From assembly GCA_964573695.1 (NCBI GenBank), contig CAZNKB010000002.1, positions 44,302-108,301 of the forward strand: a stretch of 64,000 bases of DNA, written 5' to 3'. Below the pieces are notes generated by a model. It was not told the DNA's origin. It ran no database searches and was given only the letters and a program-made list of their open reading frames with translations. This document shows, in pieces, positions 39,029 through 49,632 of this stretch (position 1 is the first letter of the stretch; each line of letters opens with the position of its first letter). The translations under genes and the position numbers were made by a program. This DNA comes from an uncultured Gammaproteobacteria bacterium (GTDB lineage Bacteria; Patescibacteriota; Microgenomatia; UBA10105; UBA927).

Positions 39029-39913
39029 TTAGCTGTGTTCTCCCTCGCCGTGAGACACCGCCACGGAAAAAAACGCGGTCGACAACATGGAAAACACCAA
39101 TGCCTGGATAAGTCCGACGAACAGCTCCATCATAAGGAACGGCAATGGGACGATAAACGGCATAAGGAACGCAATCACCGCGAGAAGTACTTCTCCCGCA
39201 AAGATATTTCCGAATAACCGGAATGCGAATGAAATAACTTTGGATATGTCAGAAATAATTTCCAGAATACCCACGCTAAAGAGTATGGGGTCCTTGAAAT
39301 TGATAAACCTCCCTATATAATGGCCACCCAAATTCCGGAAGCCGAAATACTGCATGGCGATAACGGCAACGAGCGCTAACGCAAGCGTCATATTCAGGTC
39401 AGCAGTAGCCGCCCGAAGCAAAGGTACAAATTCCGGTTTCTCTTCGTGTTTTTCTTCAGCCGGCGGCTCGCTCGCTACCGGAGGTATTGCCTCAGGAGCT
39501 TCGGAAGGGGCACTGTTATGGTCTGCCGGTGTTTCCGCCGCGGGTTCCGACACCGGCAAAGATTGTGAAGCCGCTTCCTTGACGGCTTCTGTTCGGTAAA
39601 ATCCGACGGTGCCCACACCAGGGAGCAATCCCACCCAATTTGCCGTGAGAATAAACAGGAATAGCGAAGCGACGATAGGGAAAAACTGCTTGACGTGCCG
39701 GCCTGCGATAGCAGCAAAAAAATCATACAGCCCGCCGACGACCATTTCCGCGATAAGCTGGGCATTTGTGGGAATTATGGAGATTTTGCGACTGGCAAGA
39801 TACGACAAGACGATAAGGATCACCATGACGACCCATGTCGTGATAAACGCGTTTGAAACGGGCAGTCCTCCGACTGTCCACAATGTTTCCGCGGCAAGTG
39901 ATATATGCAACAT
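39029..39913 (-). CDS. atpB: ATP synthase Fo a subunit with an about 60-aa Pro/Glu/Ala-rich loop insertion
   Basis: Conserved R in ...FAFRLFGNIFAGEVLL.... Insert ...SQSLPVSEPAAETPADHNSAPSEAPEAIPPVASEPPAEEKHEEKPEF.... Confidence 0.9.
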   Translation of the reverse strand: MLHISLAAETLWTVGGLPVSNAFITTWVVMVILIVLSYLASRKISIIPTNAQLIAEMVVGGLYDFFAAIAGRHVKQFFPIVASLFLFILTANWVGLLPGVGTVGFYRTEAVKEAASQSLPVSEPAAETPADHNSAPSEAPEAIPPVASEPPAEEKHEEKPEFVPLLRAATADLNMTLALALVAVIAMQYFGFRNLGGHYIGRFINFKDPILFSVGILEIISDISKVISFAFRLFGNIFAGEVLLAVIAFLMPFIVPLPFLMMELFVGLIQALVFSMLSTAFFSVAVSHGEGEHS

Positions 39914-39944
39914 GATTAGCTAATTATATCGTTGTATCCTTCTA

Positions 39945-40271
39945 TTATCGGCGATCAAGCGCATCTTTCACAATACGTATCAGTGATGCACATGAAATCA
40001 CCAATCCAGCGGCAAACAAGATCAATGTGGCATTTGGCCTGGTTCCCCACCGCTCGTCAAGCTTGACGCCGACGACAAGCCCCAACACCATAGGAAGGGC
40101 GATATCAAACCCTATCTGCCCGGCAAGAGAAGCAAACTGCCAGCCGCCGCTTTTGTCTGCAACGGGCTTGTCGGCAGCCTTCATTTTGCGGGGACGAATA
40201 CCTGTTTCGACATCCTCCAAGATAACGTCGAAATATTCACCCTCCGATTGATCGTTGTTATCTGCTGTCAT
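39945..40271 (-). CDS. AtpZ/AtpI-like small membrane protein preceding atpB
   Basis: 108 aa with 2 TM helices at the C-terminus. Operon position. Confidence 0.5.
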   Translation of the reverse strand: MTADNNDQSEGEYFDVILEDVETGIRPRKMKAADKPVADKSGGWQFASLAGQIGFDIALPMVLGLVVGVKLDERWGTRPNATLILFAAGLVISCASLIRIVKDALDRR

Positions 40272-40310
40272 AAATGATTGTATCCCAGACTCCTTTTGGT
40301 CGTCAACATA

Positions 40311-43300
40311 TTATGGCACCATGCGCCCGGTGCCCGGGTCTATGCCCCGCACGTCGTCTGCCAGCATCACCAGACGGTCGTCTTTCTGATCGACTTTGCC
40401 GGTAATCACTACCACGCTGTCGCGCACCCAGTGCCTCACGCTTCTTGCGTAAATCTTGGGAAAAATCACCACCTCAATATTTCCCGTCAAATCCTCAAGG
40501 CGGATAAACGCCATTTCGCTACCGCCGTTTTTGGTGATAATTTTTTTCACTTGGGCGACTAAGCCTATCACCTGGATGCGGTCACCCACGCGCTCCTCCG
40601 TGACTTGCGAAATAGGAGTCATCGCGTCTTTATTGCCGAGCTTTTCTAAGGTTCTCTCCAGAGGGTGCGCGGTCAGGTAAAAACCCAACAGCTCCTTTTC
40701 GAGCGCGAGAAGCTCATGGCTTGCAAGTTCCGGCAATTGCGGCAAATGATCCAACACGGTCGACTGCTTGGCATCACCCGAATCAAAGAGTCCGGTCTGT
40801 CCGATCGAGGCTGCTTTTCGATCCTTGTGTATCTGTTCCAGCGCGGATTCCACAATAGAAAGTAGCGCGGCCCGGGTGCCAAATGCCTCCATAGCCCCGG
40901 CCTGGATAAGACTTTCCAGTGTCTTTTTGTTGACCTTGGACACATCTACCCGGCGCAAAAAATCCGAAAATGTCGCAAATGAGCCGTCTTTTCGTGCACG
41001 CAAAATGCTCTCTATAGCAGCTTCTCCGACGTTTTTGATTGCCGACAATCCAAAACGGATGCGGCCGCTTTCTATGGAAAATTCGATATCAGACATATTG
41101 ATATCCGGCGGCAACAAAAATATCCCGGTCCGCTTGCACTCAGCCACGATCATGGCGATTTTTTCACTTCTCGTATCTCCGGTATTGGCTCTCGACTCGG
41201 CGGTGAGGACTGCCGTCATGTATTCAACCGGATAGTTAGCCTTAAGATATGCGGTCTGGTAAGCGATAACGGCATAACATGCTGCGTGTGCTTTGTTAAA
41301 TCCGTATCCGGCAAACGGCTCGATAAGGTGAAAAATTTCTTCGGCCTTGTTTCTGGTCATGCCGTTTTTGACACATCCTTCCACGAATTTTTCCTGCTGT
41401 TTTTTCATTTCCGAAGGGATTTTTTTACCGACGGCTTTACGAAGCTTGTCCGCATCTCCCCAGGAATATCCGGCCAGTGTAATAGCCGTGAGCAACACGT
41501 CATCCTGATAACAGATAAGCCCGTATGACTGGTTAAGCACGTCTTTGAGTCTCGGATCCGGGAATGTAATACTCTCGGGGTTATTTTTGCGCGAAATATA
41601 CTGCGGAATGACCTGCATTGGCCCCGGACGGAACAATGCCACCATAGCCATAAGATCAAATATCGTCGTCGGCTTGAGCTCCTTGATATATCGGCGCATA
41701 CCGGCCGACTCCAGCTGGAACACTCCGGTGGTTTCCCCCAAAGAAAGCATTTCAAATGTCTTTTTGTCCGTAAGCGGTATATCGTACACGTCAACAACTT
41801 TGCCTTTTACCTCCTCGATAAACCTGGTGGCTGTAGTCATGATCGTTAAGTTCCGAAGTCCCAAAAAATCCATTTTCAGAAGTCCTACCCCGTCCTCTCC
41901 TACGGTATACATATCGTACTGGGTGATAACCCGGTCTCCTTTGCTCTCGCGCTGGAGCGGGGTGTACTCGACCAGCGGCTTATCGGCAATCACGACTCCA
42001 GCCGCATGCACCGACGCGTGCCGGGCTACTCCTTCGAGTTTACGGGCCACGTCGAGCAACCGCTTGGTCTCGGGTTCGGTCCGATACGCCGCAGAAAGTT
42101 CCGGCGTCATATCGATCGCTTTGTCGATCGTCATCCCGAAACCCTGTGCTCCCGGGGGGATGAGCTTGGCTATCCGGTCGGGCTGGATGTAAGGCATACC
42201 CAACGCTCGTCCCGCATCCCGCACTGCTCCCCTGGCCTCCATGGTTCCGAACGTGATGATCTGCGCTACCTTGTCATCCCCGTACTTTTGGGTGACGTAG
42301 GCAATCACCTCGTCCCGCCGGTCATCCGCGAAATCCAGATCGATATCGGGAGGACTCGGCCTGTGGGGATTGAGGAACCGTTCAAACGGCAACCGGAAGA
42401 AAAACGGGTCAATACCGGTAATACCCAATACGTAGGAAATCACGCTGCCCGCAGCTGATCCACGGCCTGGACCAACTCCGATCCGCTGACTTTTGGCCCA
42501 GTTCACGAAATCCGAAACGATCAAAAAATACGTAGAGTATCCCTTTTTGGTGATGATATCGAGCTCATAGTTGATGCGTTCCCTGATCTCATCGGTTACC
42601 TTTTCATACCGATTGCCCACCCGCTCATCGATGAGTAATCGTAAATATTCTTCCGGCGTTTGCCCCTCCGGAACCGGGAACCTTGGCAATATCCACTTGC
42701 CCACAGAAAGCGTGATATTGCACATCGCTGCAATTTTTACCGTGTTTTCGATTGCCTCTGGATATTGGGCAAAGAGTTCGCTCATTTCGTCGGGACTCCG
42801 CAGGTAAAAATCCGGAGAACCCATCATCGACAACGGGCGGTTCTTTTCCACAATGGTTCGCTGGGTCTGTACGCACAGCAATATTTCTTGCGCTTCCGCA
42901 TCATCGGGCCTCACATAATGCACGTCATTGGTCGCGACAAGCGGCAACCCCAACTTGCGGGAAAGCGCCACCAATTTTTCGTTTACTTTCTCAATCTCCG
43001 GTATATTCGGATGCTTCTGAAGTTCTATATAATAATGATCGGGACCAAAAAGCTCTGCGTACTTTTGGGCTACCTCCTCAGCTTCTTTTAGCTTATCCTG
43101 CATGAGGAGTTGCGGCACCTGGCCGGCCAAACACGCGGACAGACAAATAATCCCTTCGTGATGCTTCGTCAGCAAATCCCAATCGATCCGGGGTTTGTAG
43201 TAGTATCCGTCCAAGTGGGCGTACGTTACGAGCTTAAGAAGATTCCTATAGCCTACATCATCTTTGGCAAGCAAGACGAGGTGATAGGGGTCCGTATCGA

Positions 43301-43544
43301 TTTTGCCTTCTTTATCGAGTCTGCTTCTTCGCGCCACATAAGTTTCGACCCCTAAAATGGGCTTGATACCCGCAGCTTTGGCTTTGAGATAAAATTTGAA
43401 GCTGCCGTACATTGAACCATGATCAGTCAGGGCCAGGGTGTCCATACCCATTTCCTTGGTTCGTGCGATAAGCTGATCCAATTTACCCAGTCCGTCGAGA
43501 AGGGAAAATTCGCTATGAACGTGCAAATGTACGAAGTTCGCCAT
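40311..43544 (-). CDS. dnaE: DNA polymerase III alpha subunit (1077 aa)
   Basis: PHP domain HLHVHSEFSLLDG...LTDHGSMYG; polymerase core and OB fold. Confidence 0.95.
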   Translation of the reverse strand: MANFVHLHVHSEFSLLDGLGKLDQLIARTKEMGMDTLALTDHGSMYGSFKFYLKAKAAGIKPILGVETYVARRSRLDKEGKIDTDPYHLVLLAKDDVGYRNLLKLVTYAHLDGYYYKPRIDWDLLTKHHEGIICLSACLAGQVPQLLMQDKLKEAEEVAQKYAELFGPDHYYIELQKHPNIPEIEKVNEKLVALSRKLGLPLVATNDVHYVRPDDAEAQEILLCVQTQRTIVEKNRPLSMMGSPDFYLRSPDEMSELFAQYPEAIENTVKIAAMCNITLSVGKWILPRFPVPEGQTPEEYLRLLIDERVGNRYEKVTDEIRERINYELDIITKKGYSTYFLIVSDFVNWAKSQRIGVGPGRGSAAGSVISYVLGITGIDPFFFRLPFERFLNPHRPSPPDIDLDFADDRRDEVIAYVTQKYGDDKVAQIITFGTMEARGAVRDAGRALGMPYIQPDRIAKLIPPGAQGFGMTIDKAIDMTPELSAAYRTEPETKRLLDVARKLEGVARHASVHAAGVVIADKPLVEYTPLQRESKGDRVITQYDMYTVGEDGVGLLKMDFLGLRNLTIMTTATRFIEEVKGKVVDVYDIPLTDKKTFEMLSLGETTGVFQLESAGMRRYIKELKPTTIFDLMAMVALFRPGPMQVIPQYISRKNNPESITFPDPRLKDVLNQSYGLICYQDDVLLTAITLAGYSWGDADKLRKAVGKKIPSEMKKQQEKFVEGCVKNGMTRNKAEEIFHLIEPFAGYGFNKAHAACYAVIAYQTAYLKANYPVEYMTAVLTAESRANTGDTRSEKIAMIVAECKRTGIFLLPPDINMSDIEFSIESGRIRFGLSAIKNVGEAAIESILRARKDGSFATFSDFLRRVDVSKVNKKTLESLIQAGAMEAFGTRAALLSIVESALEQIHKDRKAASIGQTGLFDSGDAKQSTVLDHLPQLPELASHELLALEKELLGFYLTAHPLERTLEKLGNKDAMTPISQVTEERVGDRIQVIGLVAQVKKIITKNGGSEMAFIRLEDLTGNIEVVIFPKIYARSVRHWVRDSVVVITGKVDQKDDRLVMLADDVRGIDPGTGRMVP

Positions 43545-43546
43545 GA

Positions 43547-44869
43547 TTAAAGTTTACTGACGAGTAAAGACAATACTTTTTGTTTATCCCCTTTTCCCGC
43601 TAGTTTCTTAAGCACCATACCATACAGGAACATTTTTGCCTGTTCCTTCCCTGATTTATAATCCTGCACCGCTTTGGGGTTCTGTGCGACTACCTCGTCA
43701 ATAGTCTCCATGAGGACACTCTCGTCCACCGCCACGATTTGTTTGCTTTGGATAATTTGTTCGGCAAGATGCGTGGGCACGACGCCGGAAGTATCGGTAA
43801 CTTTGTTAATAATCCAATTGGCAACCGTTGGCCCAGAAATATTCGCCTGGCGGACAGAAGGCAATGAAGCCGTCTCCTCAAACAATTTCATTTTTCCGAA
43901 ATCTTCGCTCAACACATTTGCCTGGCTATCATTTAACCCGTATGTTTCTTTGACCGCTTTTTTGTAGGCGTCGGGGAGTTGGGGCATGGCCGCTTGTATC
44001 GCGTCCACATAGGCTTTCGTAAAGCGCATGGGGGGAATATCCGGCTCAGGAAAATACCGGTAGTCAGCCGCACCTTCTTTGGTACGTTGGGATACGGTAG
44101 CCGCTTTTGCTTCATCCCACCCCCGCGTTTCCTGTACGGGAATCTCACCCCGATCCAAAATCGCAGCGTGACGAGCGATTTCATATTCTATGGCAGACAC
44201 CGCAAAACGGAACGAATTGATGTTTTTCACTTCGACTTTATAGGGCGGCAACTCCGTTTCTCCCGCTTTCCGCAAGGAAATATTGGGCTCTAACCTCATG
44301 GATCCTTTTTCCATGTCGGCATCGGAAATTCCCAGGTACCGTACAATCTGATGCAATTTTTTGAGAAATTCCTTCGCTTGTTCGCTACTTGTAATGTCTG
44401 CCTCCGTCACGATCTCAACCAACGGCACCCCCGACCGGTTAAAATCTACCAGGGTTACTTTTTTCCCGTCAATCACGGCATGCTGTAATTTGCCGGTGTC
44501 TTCTTCAAGGTGTACCCGATGAATCCGTACGTCGCCGAACGACGTAGAAATTTTGCCGCCCTGACATAGTGGCTGATCGTATTGGGAAATCTGATAACCT
44601 TTAGGAAGATCGGGATAAAAATAGTGCTTGCGGTCAAACTTGGAAACCTCGGCGATTGTGCTTCCCAACGCCAATCCCAACATGATCGTCCAATCTACTG
44701 CCTGTTTATTGGGGATTGGCAATGCGCCGGGCAACCCCAGACACACGGGACACGTTCCCGTGTTTGGTTTTTTGCCGAAATGGTCGGCCGGGCACCCGCA
44801 GAACATCCCGCTCTTGGTTTTGAGCTCGACATGTATCTCTAACCCGATGACTGGTTCGTACGTATCCAT
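43547..44869 (-). CDS. gatB: Asp/Glu-tRNA amidotransferase subunit B
   Basis: YEPVIGLEIHVELKTKSGMFCGC...GTCPVCLGLPGALP. Start taken at ATG 44867-44869. The track start at 44905 would overlap gatA by 31 nt. Confidence 0.93.
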   Translation of the reverse strand: MDTYEPVIGLEIHVELKTKSGMFCGCPADHFGKKPNTGTCPVCLGLPGALPIPNKQAVDWTIMLGLALGSTIAEVSKFDRKHYFYPDLPKGYQISQYDQPLCQGGKISTSFGDVRIHRVHLEEDTGKLQHAVIDGKKVTLVDFNRSGVPLVEIVTEADITSSEQAKEFLKKLHQIVRYLGISDADMEKGSMRLEPNISLRKAGETELPPYKVEVKNINSFRFAVSAIEYEIARHAAILDRGEIPVQETRGWDEAKAATVSQRTKEGAADYRYFPEPDIPPMRFTKAYVDAIQAAMPQLPDAYKKAVKETYGLNDSQANVLSEDFGKMKLFEETASLPSVRQANISGPTVANWIINKVTDTSGVVPTHLAEQIIQSKQIVAVDESVLMETIDEVVAQNPKAVQDYKSGKEQAKMFLYGMVLKKLAGKGDKQKVLSLLVSKL

Positions 44870-44874
44870 ACGCA

Positions 44875-46287
44875 TTATTTCAAATCCGGAGCCCTTTCGT
44901 GCCACGATGTACCCGACTGGTAAGCATGACCCAATGCAAACAGCGTGCTTTCAGAAAACATATTGCCGACTAATTGCATCCCGATCGGAAGCCCCGTGGA
45001 TCCAAATCCGCATGGCAATGCCAAAGACGGTAATCCAACAATATTAACGGTCACGGTATAAAGATCAGCCATCATGTTTTTGATCGGATCATCCAGAAGT
45101 TCCCCAAACTTCGGCGGCATAATCGGCGTTACCGGGGAAAGGATCGCATCGAAACCGGATAATAATTTTTTGTATTCCCACATTAATATGGAGCGTACTT
45201 TTTGCGCCTTTTTGTAATACGCATCATAATACCCGGAAGAAAGCGCATATGTGCCGGTCATGATGCGACGTTTGTTTTCCTTGGTAAATAAATTTCTCCC
45301 AAATCCAAAACGCACCCCGTCGTAGCGACCCAAGTTGGAGCTCGTTTCACTCGGCGCCAAAATGTAATACACGGGAACACCATATTCCAAAAGCGGAAGC
45401 GATACGTCCTCTACCACCGCCCCCTTCGATTCAAACACGCTACGCGCTTGTAAGATTGCTTCCCGGATTTCCGGATCCAGAGCATTACCGTAAAACTCCG
45501 TGGGAAACGCAATCCTCTTCCCTTGTATATCTTTCCCTATTTCGGCACTGTATTTGGGAACAGGAATCGGGGAACTTGTTGCGTCGTATTCATCTTTTCC
45601 TGCGATTTCCTCGAGAATTACAGCGCAATCCTGCGCAGTTTTGGCAGTCGGACCCATGGTATCGAGACTGGAGGCATACGCAATAGCGCCGTAGCGGCTC
45701 ACTCGACCATAGGTCACTTTCATCGCGGTAATATTATTCCAGGCCGCCGGATTTCGAATCGAACCACCGGTATCCTCTCCTATGGCAAATGAACAAAATC
45801 GTGATGCTACTGCCGCTGCCGGTCCGCCGCCACTACCTCCGGCACTGCGGGTCGCGTCAAAGGGATTTTTGCACACGCCGTAATCGGTGTTTTCGGTGCT
45901 GGCTCCGTGCCCCCAGGAATCCATATTCATCTTCCCTAAAAGGATCGCTCCTGCATTTTCCAGTTTCTGATGAACGGTAGCGCTGTACTGCGGGATAAAA
46001 TTATCCAAAATTTTGCTTGCTGCAGTGGTACGGACACCGCGGGTCACAAACGCATCCTTCATGACGTAAGGTATACCAGCAAGAGGGGACGTATAGGATT
46101 CAAGATTTCGGGCGATATCTTTGGCCTTGGCAAGTGCGGTTTCCTTATCGACAACGGTGATAAACGCGTGCATCTTAGGATCAAATGCTTCGATGCGTCC
46201 GTAACACTCCTCGATAAGCGACGGTAACGAAATTTCTCCGCTTCGTATCTTTGCTGCTATGACAGTAATCGGAAGGTCGACGATCAT
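44875..46287 (-). CDS. gatA: Glu-tRNA(Gln) amidotransferase subunit A (amidase signature family)
   Basis: Amidase signature ...GGSGGGPAAAVAS..., Ser-cisSer-Lys triad context. Confidence 0.93.
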   Translation of the reverse strand: MIVDLPITVIAAKIRSGEISLPSLIEECYGRIEAFDPKMHAFITVVDKETALAKAKDIARNLESYTSPLAGIPYVMKDAFVTRGVRTTAASKILDNFIPQYSATVHQKLENAGAILLGKMNMDSWGHGASTENTDYGVCKNPFDATRSAGGSGGGPAAAVASRFCSFAIGEDTGGSIRNPAAWNNITAMKVTYGRVSRYGAIAYASSLDTMGPTAKTAQDCAVILEEIAGKDEYDATSSPIPVPKYSAEIGKDIQGKRIAFPTEFYGNALDPEIREAILQARSVFESKGAVVEDVSLPLLEYGVPVYYILAPSETSSNLGRYDGVRFGFGRNLFTKENKRRIMTGTYALSSGYYDAYYKKAQKVRSILMWEYKKLLSGFDAILSPVTPIMPPKFGELLDDPIKNMMADLYTVTVNIVGLPSLALPCGFGSTGLPIGMQLVGNMFSESTLFALGHAYQSGTSWHERAPDLK

Positions 46288-46289
46288 GG

Positions 46290-46631
46290 TTATTTTTCCT
46301 CGAGCACCCGGTCAACTACAAAAAACCCGTTGTGTGTGCGTGCCGCATTGGCGAGCGCTTCTTCCTGGGTAAACATACGATGCTCATCTACGACGTCTTC
46401 GCGCAACACGTTTTCCATTCCGGTCACCTGACTCGTTTCTATGACACCGGACGTATCCAGCGACGAAAGATGTGACACGTACGCCACGGTGACACCGACT
46501 TGCTCGGTAAGCTCGACTGCTTGCTCTGTGGTGAGCGGGAGATTGGCAAGTCTTGCGATATGATCTATGTCACTTGCCGTCACCATAGGAGGGGCATTGG
46601 TAGCTTTTGGGGATTTGCGCGCGGGTTTCAT
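46290..46631 (-). CDS. gatC: Glu-tRNA(Gln) amidotransferase subunit C (alternative start at 46586)
   Basis: ...MVTASDIDHIARLANLPLTTEQAVEL... is the GatC N-terminus. TATAAT abuts ATG 46631, suggesting a leaderless transcript. Confidence 0.8.
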   Translation of the reverse strand: MKPARKSPKATNAPPMVTASDIDHIARLANLPLTTEQAVELTEQVGVTVAYVSHLSSLDTSGVIETSQVTGMENVLREDVVDEHRMFTQEEALANAARTHNGFFVVDRVLEEK

Positions 46632-46715
46632 GGGCTCATTATAGCGGAAATAAACGTACTGCAACATAGGTTTAAGTTATTGCGAACATGACCTCCTTCG
46701 GGTACGCTACTATGT

Positions 46716-47003
46716 ATGAGTAAATATCGCGCGGCAGTCCAGCAGATGCTGGAAGAAAACAAAGAATTGTTTGATGAATTTAAACCTATCCATGATGCGT
46801 ATGTAGTAAATCCCGCCGCCAATCAGGCGAAATACAATTCTATCGGAGCTACCGTTATGGATGTCATCCGGGATTACGAACGCAAATTGTGCGCCAAAAT
46901 GGGAGCCGGACAATACAGCAAATTCAGCATGAACCTTTCGGAAAAGTTTATGGAAGAAATAAAAGCAATTTACCCCAAAATCATGTTCATCGGTATCGAA
47001 TGA
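46716..47003 (+). CDS. Hypothetical protein (95 aa)
   Basis: The only plus-strand ORF inside a 23-kb minus-strand run. Native composition. Confidence 0.5.
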   Translation: MSKYRAAVQQMLEENKELFDEFKPIHDAYVVNPAANQAKYNSIGATVMDVIRDYERKLCAKMGAGQYSKFSMNLSEKFMEEIKAIYPKIMFIGIE

Positions 47004-47046
47004 AACGATACCCCCTGTGGCATAGCTACACGTCGGGATATGAAAC

Positions 47047-47808
47047 CTACACCACGCTCATTCTTTCCTGTATGGCTTGTCGCGCGCGTTGGGCGTATTG
47101 GTCATCCAGCGACACCAACGCTATCTCTTTGGCGTATTTTTGCGAGACGGCTTTTGCGATCAGCCAGTCTGCAATCGCCGGGTTTTTCGGCAGGAGCGGT
47201 CCGTGGAAATAGCTGCCGATTGAATTTTTATACACAGCACCCTCCCACGTATCAGTGCCATTGTTGCCGTTTCCGGAAATTACCCGGGCCAACGGTTTCA
47301 TCTTCGGCCCCAGATAGGTCCTGCCGCCATGATTTTCGAACCCCACGATAATTGTGCCGGATAGTTCCGAAGGATACGCTATTTTTGCCGCGACATTCCC
47401 AATCAGGCGCTTGGCCTGGTCTCCGGGATGCACGGTTGTCAGATCAAAAATGCCTGCGCCTGGGATATTGTTTCCTGTGTACGGTTTGTAATAATGTCCG
47501 ACGAACTGATACGCGGCGCAAACAAATAACGCCGGTACACCTTTTTCCACCATTTTTTTGACGACTGGCCCTTTCCGCTTCAAAAAATCTTCGCCGGCCA
47601 GATGCTGCTGCCGATCCTGGGCGCCCCCCATAAAAATGAGATCGCAGGATGCAAGCGACGATATGTTTGTCTCCAGCGTAATAGGAACCACTTCTGCCTG
47701 TATTCCCCGCCACAGGCAACGCTTTTTGAGCACAATCACATTGCCCCTATCCCCATAGGTACTCATAAGGTCAGGGTAAAGCCACGCTATATTGAGACTG
47801 TATTTCAT
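47047..47808 (-). CDS. gatD: Lipid II isoglutaminyl synthase, glutamine amidotransferase subunit GatD (CobB/CobQ-like GATase)
   Basis: ...FMGGAQD...FVCAAYQFVGHYY... GATase core, immediately downstream of and overlapping murT (classic murT-gatD pair). Confidence 0.8.
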   Translation of the reverse strand: MKYSLNIAWLYPDLMSTYGDRGNVIVLKKRCLWRGIQAEVVPITLETNISSLASCDLIFMGGAQDRQQHLAGEDFLKRKGPVVKKMVEKGVPALFVCAAYQFVGHYYKPYTGNNIPGAGIFDLTTVHPGDQAKRLIGNVAAKIAYPSELSGTIIVGFENHGGRTYLGPKMKPLARVISGNGNNGTDTWEGAVYKNSIGSYFHGPLLPKNPAIADWLIAKAVSQKYAKEIALVSLDDQYAQRARQAIQERMSVV

Positions 47809-49124
47809 AATATTTTCCGCCCTTTGAGGATTTTACGCACTTCAAGCATCGCGGAATAGGTCGCCAATACATAGAGCGGCTCTTTGGTCGGAAGCGCTCT
47901 TCTTGCGTGCATAAGCGCCTGATCTAACTCAGGAAACACTTTCGGCACTGCTCCACTGGCGTATTTCATCCGAAGCGCCATGTCATAAACACGGTCGCCG
48001 CTTACCAGCACGGTATATTTATCCGGTATTGTTTCGAAATCTACATCCCATATCCAGCTGACGTCCCTACCGTCGGGGATGCGATCATTGATAACAATCA
48101 AAAACTCTTTCGCGCCCATTTCCAAAACAGTACGAATAGACGCGTTAAACCCGGCCGGATTTTTGGATAGGAAAAGCCGAACTGTTTTATCTCCCATGAG
48201 GATCTCTTCCTGCCGCCCGAACGCGGGAGTAAATGATTTTAGGGATTTTTTGATTTCGGTCTCGGGGATATCCAGCGATTTGGCAAGAGCGACGGCTGCA
48301 AGGGTGTTGTATTGGTTATAAAGTCCAGGCAACGTCATTGGCCAACGGTAGACTGTGGGTGTCGGACGTCGGGCTCCGCATGAGGTACATCGCCACTGAC
48401 CAATGTGGGAATAATACACGCCGTCGTATGTGAGCCGATGCCCGCACGCGGGACAAAATATAGAATCCGTCGCGTGTTCTTTGACTTTCAGGAATTTTGA
48501 CGCCTCTTCCAGTCCGAAGTATATAATCGGTCCTTTTACCTTTGCTCCTATACTCGCGACCCCCGGATCGTCACTATTTATAATATAGGTACAATCTTTG
48601 GAGATTTTTGAAAGTGCCCTGGTCCATTTTTCCACGATGACATCTACCTCACCATACCGGTCCAGCTGATCCCGGAATAAGTTAAGAAGCATAACGCGCT
48701 TGGGAGACAGGAACCTCAAGATTATGGGGAGAGAATTCTCGTCAATTTCGAAAATTCCTACATCCGCCCGTACTCTTCCAAGCCAATCGGCATTACGGAT
48801 AAAAGCAGAGGCAATTCCGTTGACTAAATTTGCACCCGTCGCATTGTGCACGACACTGTCACCGATATGCTCAAGGATAGTTTTGACCATGAGGGAGGTC
48901 GTCGTCTTGCCGTTGGTGCCCGCAACAAGGATCACCCCGTCAGAAAGCTTACTCACAAGTGATGTAATGATATTGGGGCGCAAACGGAGAGCGATTTCTC
49001 CCGGCCATGTTTCTCCCGCCCCCAAGCCCAGCAAGGAACTGGCAAACGACACAAATTTCGTGAGGACAACGACGAGGTGGTCTAACAAACCCATACCCCT
49101 CATTATCGCGCAACATGGGCGCAC
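47805..49124 (-). CDS. murT: Lipid II isoglutaminyl synthase, Mur-ligase-like subunit MurT
   Basis: GTNGKTTTSLMV Mur ligase P-loop. CPACGHRL...CTSCG zinc ribbon. DUF1727-like C-terminus. Confidence 0.85.
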   Translation of the reverse strand: MRPCCAIMRGMGLLDHLVVVLTKFVSFASSLLGLGAGETWPGEIALRLRPNIITSLVSKLSDGVILVAGTNGKTTTSLMVKTILEHIGDSVVHNATGANLVNGIASAFIRNADWLGRVRADVGIFEIDENSLPIILRFLSPKRVMLLNLFRDQLDRYGEVDVIVEKWTRALSKISKDCTYIINSDDPGVASIGAKVKGPIIYFGLEEASKFLKVKEHATDSIFCPACGHRLTYDGVYYSHIGQWRCTSCGARRPTPTVYRWPMTLPGLYNQYNTLAAVALAKSLDIPETEIKKSLKSFTPAFGRQEEILMGDKTVRLFLSKNPAGFNASIRTVLEMGAKEFLIVINDRIPDGRDVSWIWDVDFETIPDKYTVLVSGDRVYDMALRMKYASGAVPKVFPELDQALMHARRALPTKEPLYVLATYSAMLEVRKILKGRKIL

Positions 49125-49133
49125 AAGGCAAAC

Positions 49134-49628
49134 TTACGCCGCTATCGGTACGTTGAGAAACACATGGACAAACACTTCCTGCCCTTTGTAGGTTATGGTC
49201 TCGACGCCGACCGTCAGGGGTATATCGGGGTAATGCTTCGTGATGTGGTAACGATACTGCCAATCACCGTCCGGATCCGGATGTATATCCGAATGTAACC
49301 TCGTCTTATCAGCAAGTGCCGAAAGCTTCTGTTTGTGATAGGCAAGCACCTGATCTTCCGTAACTCGCAAATCGCGTAACTTTTCCTGCCTTACAATTCC
49401 CCCGGCAAACACCCGGGTAGTTATCTCACCTCCCAATCGCGCGATGTCCTGTCCTCCGCCCGTACGCCTGAAAAACCACTGGTCATTATAATCCGCATCC
49501 ATATCAGGGTATGACTCGGCGCTTTCCTTCCCATGAAACGGCCCGCGGGATATCTCTCGGGGCGTTTGGTTCCCGGCATAGCCGTCCTGTAGACCCTTGA
49601 CCAAGATTTTCTCGGCGTTATTTGTCAT
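49134..49628 (-). CDS. Hypothetical protein (164 aa)
   Basis: ORF only. Confidence 0.5.
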   Translation of the reverse strand: MTNNAEKILVKGLQDGYAGNQTPREISRGPFHGKESAESYPDMDADYNDQWFFRRTGGGQDIARLGGEITTRVFAGGIVRQEKLRDLRVTEDQVLAYHKQKLSALADKTRLHSDIHPDPDGDWQYRYHITKHYPDIPLTVGVETITYKGQEVFVHVFLNVPIAA

Positions 49629-49632
49629 ATGG

